Below, in pieces: positions 1 to 8,768 of a stretch of DNA of 44,797 bases. The number at the start of each line of letters is the position of its first letter. Positions within the stretch are counted from its first letter, which is position 1. Origin of the DNA: Sulfurimonadaceae bacterium. GTDB lineage: Bacteria > Campylobacterota > Campylobacteria > Campylobacterales > Sulfurimonadaceae. Made by a program: the position numbers and the translations under genes. The stretch lies in NCBI GenBank assembly GCA_041548245.1, contig JBFESZ010000003.1, forward strand, positions 1-44,797. The letters are read 5' to 3'. The notes below the pieces were generated by a model, which saw nothing but the letters and a program-made list of their open reading frames with translations, did no database searches and had not been told where the DNA came from.

Positions 1-1346
1 GTAAAACTAAAAGAAAGGGTGTGTCTCTCTTTGGCAGGGTAGAAGTACATCACTGCGATGACTTTGAAGTAGTAATAGATCGAGACGAAGGCAGCCAAGA
101 TTCCCAGTAGGGCTAACCAGCTCAAGCCCGATTCAATTGCCGAGGTAAAGATGTAAAATTTACCTAAAAAACCGATGGTGGAAGGAAAACCGGCAAAGGA
201 GAGCATAAAGATTGACATCATAGCAGCAAGCAGAGGGTGTTGATGGGCAAAACCTTTTAACTCTTCATAGGTTGTACGTTCTGTATCCCATTTCCTGATA
301 TAAGAGAGTATGCCAAAGGCACCGACAGCCCCCAGAAAGTAAGCGATAAGATAAAAGATAATGGCAGGTGAAGAAGAGCTGCTTTCTGGTCCAGTTGATG
401 CCAGTGCAATCAGTAAGTATCCACTGTGGACAATGGATGAAGCGGCCAGCATCCTTTTGATATTTTGTTGTGCCAATGTAAGTAACGATCCGCCAATAAT
501 CGTGATGACGGCTATCACAATCAATAGCGGCTTAAAGGTATCGGCTAATGTCTGATAGTCTACCAAATACAGACGCAGTGCAATCGAAAAGATCGCAATT
601 TTGAATGTCCCGGCCATGAAGGCTGTGATAGGAAGCGAAGCACCGTCGTATACGTCCAGTGTCCAGGCTTGAAAAGGAACGGCAGAGATTTTGAACATCA
701 CGGTGATCATCATCAACATGCCGCCAACTGTGATCATATCGTAATGTTCATGTAGTTCGATGTAGTTTTTGATATCGCCTAGATGAGTTGAGCCGACCTG
801 GGCATAGACAAAGGCAATACCCAAAAGAAAAAATGCACCTGAGAAAGAGCCTAAAAGAAGATATTTGAATAAGGCTTCAGATGATCTGAGATTGTAACGG
901 TTAAGCCCAACAAGTATATAGACTGCTACAGATGCTGACTCCAGGGCAATAAAGGCCGTCATGAGTTCATTGGCCATGGACAGAAGCATCATAGAGAACA
1001 GGGCAAAAAGGATTAAAGCAAAAGACTCGGGCATAAAGAACTTTGTCGCCTGCATAAAGGCACGTCCTGAAGCAATCATCAAGAAGGCACCGATAAGAAA
1101 GAGCAGATTGAACAAGGATGCAAAACTATCAAAGCGGAGCATATGGTTGAAAATTTCGGCATGGACATTGAGACTAAAGAGCTCTCCAAGGTAGCTTGTC
1201 TGAAAGATAAGAGCAAATATGATGATCGCCATGGTGATATAGGAGAGCACAAAATTACTTAAACGTGTGAAAGCAGCAATCAGCATCATTGCGACAGCAC
1301 CAAGGCCTATAATAAGTAAAGAGATGGTGATATCACTATTTAACAT
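1..1346 (-). CDS. nuoN: NADH-quinone oxidoreductase subunit N (3' end truncated by window edge; absent from ORF track)
   Basis: ATG at 1346 with AGGAG upstream, overlapping the nuoM end; hydrophobic translation MLNSDITISLLIIG...FIALESAS...SSEALFKYLLLGS...FKISAVPFQAWTLDVYDGA...KRMLAASSIVHSGY...SFAGFPSTIGFLGKF. Confidence 0.95.
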   Translation of the reverse strand, partial: MLNSDITISLLIIGLGAVAMMLIAAFTRLSNFVLSYITMAIIIFALIFQTSYLGELFSLNVHAEIFNHMLRFDSFASLFNLLFLIGAFLMIASGRAFMQATKFFMPESFALILFALFSMMLLSMANELMTAFIALESASVAVYILVGLNRYNLRSSEALFKYLLLGSFSGAFFLLGIAFVYAQVGSTHLGDIKNYIELHEHYDMITVGGMLMMITVMFKISAVPFQAWTLDVYDGASLPITAFMAGTFKIAIFSIALRLYLVDYQTLADTFKPLLIVIAVITIIGGSLLTLAQQNIKRMLAASSIVHSGYLLIALASTGPESSSSSPAIIFYLIAYFLGAVGAFGILSYIRKWDTERTTYEELKGFAHQHPLLAAMMSIFMLSFAGFPSTIGFLGKFYIFTSAIESGLSWLALLGILAAFVSIYYYFKVIAVMYFYPAKERHTLSFSF

Positions 1347-2802
1347 GTCGTTTCTCCTGATAAGTATGCTTTTGGGCTGTGGGCTTTATCTTGTCAATAA
1401 AAAAAGAAGGGAAGATACCCATAGCCAAGATAAGCAGTGCCATAGGAAGGAGCGAAAGGAGCTCATAACTCCTCAGTTCGGAGAATGTTTTGAGTTTTTT
1501 GGGTCCGTAAAGAACTTTTTGCATGACATGAAAGACAAACATAATCGCAATCAGTAGGGTCGTGGCAGCGAGAAATCCATATATGATATCGGATTTGAAG
1601 GCACCAATAATGAGTAAAAGTTCAGAGACAAAACCGCCGGTCAAAGGAATGCCTACGATACTCAGTGCGAAAAAGGCGAAAAAGGCACTAAAAATAGGCG
1701 CTTGATAGACGATTCCACCTAAGGCATCGATATGGAGGTTCTGAGTACGTTTATAGACCATACCAAGCATCATAAAGAGTGCTGCAGAACTTAATGCATG
1801 AGAGGCTATCATATAAAAAGCACCGATATGGGCGTAGGTGTTAAAAGCAAATATTCCCATGACGATCAATGAGAGATGTGAAGCCGAAGAGTAGGCAAAG
1901 AGTTTTTTCAGTTCACTCTGTTTGATGGCTGCGATACCAAAGTATATCATTCCAAATAGTCCAAGGCTGATAAAGAAGTCTGCTATTTCAACGGCCAGCG
2001 TCTCAAAGAGTGTCAAAACAAATCGCCAGATCGCATAGACACCCAGTTTCGCCATCAAAGCTGACATGACGACAATCGCCCCGATAGGGGCGGCTGCATA
2101 GGACTGAGGCAGCCAGGTATGAAAAGGGAAGAGAGGGATCTTGATGCTAAAAGCAAAGATGAAGGCGACAAACAGAAGAAGTGTCGTACTTCTGTTTAAA
2201 TGCAGTGTCTGTAGGTCATTAAGCGAGAAGCTCCAGACCTGATATTCTTGAAAATTAGAATGACCAAGGTATAAGATGGCCATCAACATCAACAGTGATC
2301 CGAAGATAGTGTACATCGTGAATTTCATGCTCATGAAATTCTTATTCTCACGTCCGAAAAGACCGACCATAAAAAAGACAGGTAGGAGCATCGTCTCCCA
2401 AAAGAGGTAAAATAGAATGAGATCAAGTGCGAGTGCGGCACCGGTAAGTCCTCCATGTGCAATGAGAAGGTTTAGCCAGTACCCTTTCTTGTTTAGGTGC
2501 CAAAAAGAGAGATAAAGAAGAGGCATAATCAGATTGGTCATCATCACGATGATCACGGATATACCGTCTATGCCAATATGATATGAGATGCCATAAGCTT
2601 TTATCCACTCATGATCTTCAACAAACTGCATACCTTGGGTGGTCTCAAAATGTGTATACATCCAGATACTTAACATCATGGTGATGAGGGTCACGATAAA
2701 ACTTGCATACCGGATCATCTTTACATTCAAAGGAAGAAGGTATAAGAAAACAGCGGATAGAATAGGAAAGAATATAAGCAAAGTGAGTATGTTGTTTTCC
2801 AT
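1336..2802 (-). CDS. nuoM: NADH-quinone oxidoreductase subunit M
   Basis: GIDGIS, FYLFWE, IKIPLFPFHTWLP and AYSSASH antiporter-like subunit motifs; operon position. Confidence 0.96.
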   Translation of the reverse strand: MENNILTLLIFFPILSAVFLYLLPLNVKMIRYASFIVTLITMMLSIWMYTHFETTQGMQFVEDHEWIKAYGISYHIGIDGISVIIVMMTNLIMPLLYLSFWHLNKKGYWLNLLIAHGGLTGAALALDLILFYLFWETMLLPVFFMVGLFGRENKNFMSMKFTMYTIFGSLLMLMAILYLGHSNFQEYQVWSFSLNDLQTLHLNRSTTLLLFVAFIFAFSIKIPLFPFHTWLPQSYAAAPIGAIVVMSALMAKLGVYAIWRFVLTLFETLAVEIADFFISLGLFGMIYFGIAAIKQSELKKLFAYSSASHLSLIVMGIFAFNTYAHIGAFYMIASHALSSAALFMMLGMVYKRTQNLHIDALGGIVYQAPIFSAFFAFFALSIVGIPLTGGFVSELLLIIGAFKSDIIYGFLAATTLLIAIMFVFHVMQKVLYGPKKLKTFSELRSYELLSLLPMALLILAMGIFPSFFIDKIKPTAQKHTYQEKRHVK

Positions 2803-2804
2803 GC

Positions 2805-4685
2805 TTAGCCTTGAATACCTAAATAGATAAAGATAGAGACGATGCCGATACCCATGTACAGGGCATAGTAGCGGGCATTTCCATTTTGAACATAATCGCT
2901 GTAGTAGGAGAGCCTCTGGTAGGATGAGGCAATCTTGTGAATGAGACGATCAATGAGTTGTTCATCAAGAAAAACGATCAGTCGGCTTAGAAATCCGATT
3001 GGTCTGACAAACATCATAGTATAGCTCTTATCAATGTAGAACCTGTTTTTGATCCATCTTTCAACCACACCAAAGCTTGGATCGTCTGAACTGTTTTTAT
3101 AGTGAATAAAGGCCATAAGAATTCCCAGGAGTGAAGAAGAGATATTGACCAATAGCAATACCGTCTCATCAGAATGTGAAAGGTAGTGACGAATGTCAGG
3201 AAGGTTTAGCCAAATGGAGAAGTTCTCATTTCCGCCAAATAAAACAGGAAGATTGATAAAACCGCTCAAAAGGATGCCCAAGGCGAGTATAAAAAGTGTA
3301 AGCTTGATAAGCTGATTTTGAGAAGGCACTGCGTGTTCATGTTTCGCAGGTGCAATAAAGACGATAAGCAGGAGCCTGAACATATAGTAGCCTGTCAGTG
3401 CAGCAGTGACAAGAGAAACGGCATAGATATCGAAATGGCCACTTGCAAACAGATGGTTGATTATCGCGTCTTTTGAGAAGAAACCGCTAAAAGGCGGAAT
3501 CCCGCAGATAGCCAATGTCGCAAGGAGCATGATGGCAAACAAAAAAGGCATTGTGGATTTCAAGGCACCCATCTTTTTGATGTTTTGTTCATGATGCAGT
3601 GCCAAGATGATAGCACCTGCTCCCATGAATAGAAGTGCTTTGAAAAAGGCATGGGTGAAGACATGGAAGATACCATATGAGTATGCTCCCAGTCCTACTG
3701 CCATGAACATATAACCCAGTTGTGACATCGTTGAATAGGCAAGGATCTTTTTGATGTCATCCTGGCGCAAGGCGATCAGAGCGGCAAGTAGGGCAGAAAA
3801 AGAACCGATATAGGCAATAAAAAGACCGACCTCTTCACTGAGCGCATATAAAAAGTGGAACCTTGCTATCATGTAGACCCCAGCTGTAACCATCGTCGCC
3901 GCGTGGATCAAAGCTGACACCGGTGTCGGTCCGGCCATGGCATCGGGTAGCCAGACATAAAGTGGAATCTGCGCTGATTTCCCCATGGCTCCTATGAATA
4001 GAAGAACAGAGATTAATGAAATGAGCGAAGAGGGGATAAGATGGATATTGGCTTCGAGTGAAGCAAAGTCAAGACCCCTGTCTCCTAGATAGATGATTAA
4101 AAGAGAGAGTCCCGATATAAAACCGAAGTCACCGATACGGTTGAGGATAAAAGCCTTGTTGCCGGCTTGCACATTTTGTTCATCGCCAAAGTAATAGCTG
4201 ATTAGCAGGTAGGAGCATAGGCCTACACCCTCCCAGCCGATAAATAGCATGAAAGGGTTATCGGCAAGTATCAGTAAGAACATCGCTGCCATGAAAAGAT
4301 TAAACCATGCAAAGAAACGGGGGTAAGAGGGATCGTTATCCATATATGCATGAGCATAAAGATGGATGATGAATCCGACAGAGCTGACAAAGCTAAGCAT
4401 GGCAGCGCTGAGCGGATCAAGGAGTAGCGAGGCGTTTATGACAACTCCTTCGATATCCAACCAGGTGAAGATACTGTAGTAGAGATAAGTCTCACTGTTC
4501 AAAAGGGTATATATGAGTGAGATGGAACAGATCAGGCTAAGCAGCGGTCCACCCAGGCCAAGTAGCGGATAGATATTCGTGGCGATATCATCATTATATT
4601 TATTGTATAGGCTCAGAAACATAAGGGCTGCAGAAGAGAAAGCGACAGAGGCAATCACCCAGACAAGTAGTGAAGACTCAATCAT
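2805..4685 (-). CDS. nuoL: NADH-quinone oxidoreductase subunit L
   Basis: GWEGVGLCSYLLI, GKSAQIPLYVWLPDAMAGPTPVSALIHAATMV, HAFFKALLF. Confidence 0.97.
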   Translation of the reverse strand: MIESSLLVWVIASVAFSSAALMFLSLYNKYNDDIATNIYPLLGLGGPLLSLICSISLIYTLLNSETYLYYSIFTWLDIEGVVINASLLLDPLSAAMLSFVSSVGFIIHLYAHAYMDNDPSYPRFFAWFNLFMAAMFLLILADNPFMLFIGWEGVGLCSYLLISYYFGDEQNVQAGNKAFILNRIGDFGFISGLSLLIIYLGDRGLDFASLEANIHLIPSSLISLISVLLFIGAMGKSAQIPLYVWLPDAMAGPTPVSALIHAATMVTAGVYMIARFHFLYALSEEVGLFIAYIGSFSALLAALIALRQDDIKKILAYSTMSQLGYMFMAVGLGAYSYGIFHVFTHAFFKALLFMGAGAIILALHHEQNIKKMGALKSTMPFLFAIMLLATLAICGIPPFSGFFSKDAIINHLFASGHFDIYAVSLVTAALTGYYMFRLLLIVFIAPAKHEHAVPSQNQLIKLTLFILALGILLSGFINLPVLFGGNENFSIWLNLPDIRHYLSHSDETVLLLVNISSSLLGILMAFIHYKNSSDDPSFGVVERWIKNRFYIDKSYTMMFVRPIGFLSRLIVFLDEQLIDRLIHKIASSYQRLSYYSDYVQNGNARYYALYMGIGIVSIFIYLGIQG

Positions 4686-4995
4686 TATGTTTCTCCTGTT
4701 TTAAAAGATCAAAAAAGTTGGCATCAAGAGTGCGTGCATTTTTAAAGAGCATCACAAACAGTGCTAAAAAGATGGACGCTTCTACCGCAGCAATAGCAAT
4801 AATCATGATGGCCATGACCTGAGCATTCAAGTCTTCAAAATGATTTGACAAAGCGACAAGGATAAGGTTGACGGCATTAAGCATCAGTTCAATGGACATG
4901 TACATAACAAATATATTTCTACGGCTGATGACCCCGATAATGCCGATTGAGAAAAGCAGTATGGCCAGAATAATAAAATGACCGATATCAATCAC
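4678..4995 (-). CDS. nuoK: NADH-quinone oxidoreductase subunit K
   Basis: MSIELMLNAVN and AAVEAS motifs; start moved to GTG at 4995 behind an AAGGAG RBS. Confidence 0.93.
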   Translation of the reverse strand: MIDIGHFIILAILLFSIGIIGVISRRNIFVMYMSIELMLNAVNLILVALSNHFEDLNAQVMAIMIIAIAAVEASIFLALFVMLFKNARTLDANFFDLLKQEKHND

Positions 4996-5491
4996 GGCTC
5001 TTCTCCTTCTTAGCCAAGATGACAACTCCGATAAGCGCGACAAGAAGAAGTATGGAGATCATCTCAAAGGGGAACACCCAATCTGTATACAGCTTCATAC
5101 CAATCTCTTTTATCGAACCGAAATCATTAGGGCGCAGGCTTTTGAATCTCATTTGGTTGACAATGCTAATGAGGTAGAAGGTAAAGGGAGCAATAAGAAG
5201 AGTCGTAGCCAATATCCATCTTCTTTTATAGGGTTCATCAGGAAGGTTCTCTTCTTTGATGTTCAAAAACATGATGATAAACAAGAAGAGTGCGACAACG
5301 GCTCCTGCATAGATAATGATCTGAACCAGGAAGAGAAAACTTCCGCCTAGAAGAGCAAAGAGACCTGCAATACTTAAAAGGGTGACGATTAGGCTCAAAG
5401 CAGAGTTGATGGGTTGACGAAAATAGATCATGCCAACCGCACTGACTAATGTGGCAAAAGCCAAGACAAAAAAGATAATATTACTGAGCAA
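4988..5491 (-). CDS. nuoJ: NADH-quinone oxidoreductase subunit J
   Basis: QIIIYAGAVVALFLFIIMFL and PFEMISILLLVA; start moved to TTG at 5491 behind AAGGAG (the ORF-track extension overlaps nuoI). Confidence 0.93.
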   Translation of the reverse strand: MLSNIIFFVLAFATLVSAVGMIYFRQPINSALSLIVTLLSIAGLFALLGGSFLFLVQIIIYAGAVVALFLFIIMFLNIKEENLPDEPYKRRWILATTLLIAPFTFYLISIVNQMRFKSLRPNDFGSIKEIGMKLYTDWVFPFEMISILLLVALIGVVILAKKEKSRD

Positions 5492-5996
5492 GGCTGTTCT
5501 CCTTTCCAAAGGCACCCCGGTTTTGAAGAAGCCTCTCTTTGTTGATGACAAAGTCTTTACGTTCCATGGCAACAATAGAGAAGATGCCCGTATCCATACG
5601 GATCGCATCACAGGGACAGGCTTCAACACAGTAGCCGCAAAAGATGCACTCCAGAAGATCAATATCAAAACGCGCAGGCTGCTTCTCATCAACATCATCG
5701 AGTCGTTCCTCTGCCTCGATAAAGATGCAGTTTGAAGGACAGGCGGTTGCGCACATAAAACATGCGACACAACGAACAGTCCCATCGTCGCGTTTGGTAA
5801 GCCGGTGTAGACCGCGATAACGTTCAGTGATGTCTTCGGGCTGTTCTTCGGGGTACTGGCAGGTTGGGATGCAGGTGGTATTGTTGAGATTGGCTTTAAA
5901 ATGTTTCAGAGTGAGCTTCATACCGGTAAAGACAGACCAGATATAGCTTTTCTCTTTGAATGAATTTCCGTAACGTGGAACGACTTTTACACCCAT
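5481..5996 (-). CDS. nuoI: NADH-quinone oxidoreductase subunit I (2x[4Fe-4S])
   Basis: CVACFMCATACP and CIFCGYCVEACP; QYPEE...RYRGLH. Confidence 0.97.
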   Translation of the reverse strand: MGVKVVPRYGNSFKEKSYIWSVFTGMKLTLKHFKANLNNTTCIPTCQYPEEQPEDITERYRGLHRLTKRDDGTVRCVACFMCATACPSNCIFIEAEERLDDVDEKQPARFDIDLLECIFCGYCVEACPCDAIRMDTGIFSIVAMERKDFVINKERLLQNRGAFGKENSLAQ

Positions 5997-5997
5997 C

Positions 5998-7257
5998 TCA
6001 CACTCCTACAACGATTATTGCGGAGATGAAGATGTTGAACAGGGCCAAGGGAAGAAGTATCTTCCAACCAAGATGCTGCGTCTGGTCATACCTGAATCTT
6101 GGCAAGGTCCATCGTACCCATACAAAGATAAAGTTCATCACAAAGAGTTTGATGGTAAAACTAAGGATCTGCAATATCATCACGGTTAAAGCACTCTGTT
6201 GAGTGTTGAGTCCAGAATAAATCAGATAAAGGATAAGCGTCTCAATTCCAATAACAAAAAAAGTGATAAAAAAGGTGGCATACTTGGTCTCCAATCGGTG
6301 CGAAGGTGTACAGCTGTTATTGCGTTGCATCCATCTGATAAAGCTAAAGGCTATTATGGGAATCACAACCATAAGTCCGATAAGAATTGGGGTGAGGTTT
6401 CCATGCATGTTGTGGGTATTGAGCCAAGGGATCTGATAACCACCGAAAAACATGGTGACGATCAATGCGCTTGAAGCACTCATTGCAATGTACTCTCCCA
6501 TAAAGAAGAGTGCAAACTTCATAGCTGAGTATTCGGTGTGATAACCGGCAACAATCTCGCTTTCCCCTTCAGCAGCATCAAAGGGTGCTCGGTTGGTTTC
6601 AGCAAAGGCAGTGACGATAAAGATAAGGGCAGCAAGAGGCTGCATCACTATGCCCCATGCTGGAATAAACCCAAAGAGAAGTTCACCCTGCTGTCGGACC
6701 ATCTCATTTAGTGATATGCTTCCGTAGGTAATCAGCATGGAAACGACAGCCAGACCCATGGCTATTTCATAGGATATCACCTGTGAGGATGCCCGCAGAG
6801 CCCCCAAGATAGAGTACTTGTTGTGACTGGACCATCCGGCGATGATAATTCCGTAGACACCAAGACTGGTAAAGGCGAGGATCCATAATACTCCGAGTTC
6901 AACAGGTAGTGCCTGTATATGATAGGTGTAATGATCAAGGGTGATGTTATCTGCATAGGGAATGACCATAAAACATAAAAATGATGCGCCAAAGACAATG
7001 GATGGGGCCAAAATATAATAAAAGGTATGTTTGATATGCAGAGGATAGAACTCCTCCTTGAAAAGAAGTTTGAGCATATCAGCAATAGGTTGGATCAGGC
7101 CGCCTATGCGTATACCTTTGATATTACATCGATTTGGGCCCAAACGGTTCTGAATTAGTGCAGCCACACGCCTTTCGAGCCATACAAGCATCGGGATCGC
7201 TGCAACGGAGAACATAAGTGTCAAGACAATAGGAAAGAGGACCATAAAAGTATGCAC
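5998..7257 (-). CDS. nuoH: NADH-quinone oxidoreductase subunit H (long form)
   Basis: ERRVAALIQNRLGPN, QPIADMLKL, AETNRAPFD, GYHTEYS, PRFRYDQ; GTG start. Confidence 0.96.
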   Translation of the reverse strand: MHTFMVLFPIVLTLMFSVAAIPMLVWLERRVAALIQNRLGPNRCNIKGIRIGGLIQPIADMLKLLFKEEFYPLHIKHTFYYILAPSIVFGASFLCFMVIPYADNITLDHYTYHIQALPVELGVLWILAFTSLGVYGIIIAGWSSHNKYSILGALRASSQVISYEIAMGLAVVSMLITYGSISLNEMVRQQGELLFGFIPAWGIVMQPLAALIFIVTAFAETNRAPFDAAEGESEIVAGYHTEYSAMKFALFFMGEYIAMSASSALIVTMFFGGYQIPWLNTHNMHGNLTPILIGLMVVIPIIAFSFIRWMQRNNSCTPSHRLETKYATFFITFFVIGIETLILYLIYSGLNTQQSALTVMILQILSFTIKLFVMNFIFVWVRWTLPRFRYDQTQHLGWKILLPLALFNIFISAIIVVGV

Positions 7258-8768
7258 TAGAGCCGTCTCCCTTCTTCAGGTATAGCATCGTAGGAAAAAC
7301 CAAATTCATCTGAGAGCTTCTCATCCCATATGGCCTGAGGTGTTCCGGGTGTTGCATTGATTTGATGCAAGATTTGAAGAATACTCTTGCGTTCATTGCA
7401 TAGACCGGCTTCAAACCTCTGGATAATCCCATCTTCATTGATCAGTGTTCCCTCCTGTTCACTGTAAGAGGAAACGGGAATAAGAAGTTCATGGTTCTTA
7501 CAGTTTTCGAAACTGTGTGATATAAGATGTATCTGTGTCTTGTTGAGCATCATCTTCATCACCTCAGGAGTGTTTTGACACAAGAACTTATGTTGAAAGT
7601 TGATAACAACATGGGTTCTGTTTAGGGCTTCATTCAGTGCTTCCGGGCTGGTCTCAATCCCCAGTCTTTTAACGGCTTTCAAATTGGCTGCTCTGTCTTG
7701 TGAACGCAGCCATTCATCACCAAAATCCATGTCTACAAAGGGTTCGTGGTAGGCATTGAGTTCAAGTCCGAAGCGTTGGGCCAAAGCATGGATGGCATAA
7801 AGCTCTTCTGTTGACAAGGAAGGAGATGCAATTAAAAGAGGCCTTTCATCATGCAGATAACGAAGTAGGTAAGAGAGTGCGACATCTTCAGCGATGCAGC
7901 GCTGATGATAGACGAAATCGTCGAGTCGTTGGGTGTTCTCTTCTTTGTATGAAAGTCTGCCTTCATCGCAGATAAAATGACCATTTACCTGCTGGTTGAT
8001 ACGGGGGCGAAACCGGTAGATAGTATCAGATCTATACTTTTCCTGGTTGTGGTCGATAAAGATGTTGCACCCCTTGGCGCAACCGTGACAGATACCCTTG
8101 CTCGAATGCATGAACCAGACTCTTTGACGGAAACGGAAGTCTTTTGAGGTCAAAGCCCCTACCGGACAGAGGTCGATAATATTCATGGCATAAGGAGTCT
8201 GCATCTGTTGACCCGGAAGAGTGGAAACACGGGCATCATTCCCCCGTCCGATGATGGCAAGTTCATTTGTCTTTGTGATCTCTTGCGTAAAACGGGTACA
8301 GCGTGCACATAGGACACAGCGTTCCTGATCGAGGATAATGTTCTTACCGATGTCGAGTCTCTTCTCTTTAAGTTTCTTTTCCTCTTTTGGACGGCGGGAT
8401 TCGTTAAGACCAAACTGCATGTAGTAGTCTTGAAGTTTGCACTCGCCCGCCTGATCACAGATGGGGCAATCCACAGGATGGGAGAGCAGTTCAAGTTCCA
8501 AGATGGAGCGTTTGACCTTATTGATGTTCTCATCGTTGGTATAGACAACCATGTCTTTTTTGATGAGGGTGTCACAGGCGATCTGAGGACGTTTCTCTCC
8601 GACGATACCGACCATACACATACGGCAGTTCCCATCAGGTCCTAAGGCGTCATGGTAGCAAAAATGCGGGACATCGATGCCGTTTCTTAGTAAGACAGAA
8701 AGTAAAAGTTCGCCTTCTTGAGCCTGTATCATCTGACCGTCAACAATGAAACTGATTGTATCAGGCAT
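7257..8768 (-). CDS. nuoG: NADH-quinone oxidoreductase subunit G (short, 503 aa)
   Basis: PHFCYH..GNCRMC (N1b), HPVDCPICDQAGEC (N5), CVLCARC..CPVGAL (N4), CHGCAKGC..CDEGR (N7-like). Confidence 0.94.
   Translation of the reverse strand: MPDTISFIVDGQMIQAQEGELLLSVLLRNGIDVPHFCYHDALGPDGNCRMCMVGIVGEKRPQIACDTLIKKDMVVYTNDENINKVKRSILELELLSHPVDCPICDQAGECKLQDYYMQFGLNESRRPKEEKKLKEKRLDIGKNIILDQERCVLCARCTRFTQEITKTNELAIIGRGNDARVSTLPGQQMQTPYAMNIIDLCPVGALTSKDFRFRQRVWFMHSSKGICHGCAKGCNIFIDHNQEKYRSDTIYRFRPRINQQVNGHFICDEGRLSYKEENTQRLDDFVYHQRCIAEDVALSYLLRYLHDERPLLIASPSLSTEELYAIHALAQRFGLELNAYHEPFVDMDFGDEWLRSQDRAANLKAVKRLGIETSPEALNEALNRTHVVINFQHKFLCQNTPEVMKMMLNKTQIHLISHSFENCKNHELLIPVSSYSEQEGTLINEDGIIQRFEAGLCNERKSILQILHQINATPGTPQAIWDEKLSDEFGFSYDAIPEEGRRL

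Noticed and set aside
4988-5785. Long ORF-track N-termini for nuoJ, and likewise nuoK, nuoCD, clpS, pth, metK and ndk, which could suggest fusions or extensions
   Set aside because: A downstream start with a good RBS matches the family N-terminus in each case, and the extensions overlap neighbouring genes or promoters.
7257-8768. Short nuoG as a truncated pseudogene
   Set aside because: The frame is uninterrupted, the stop is coupled to the nuoH start, and no leftover fragment lies downstream.
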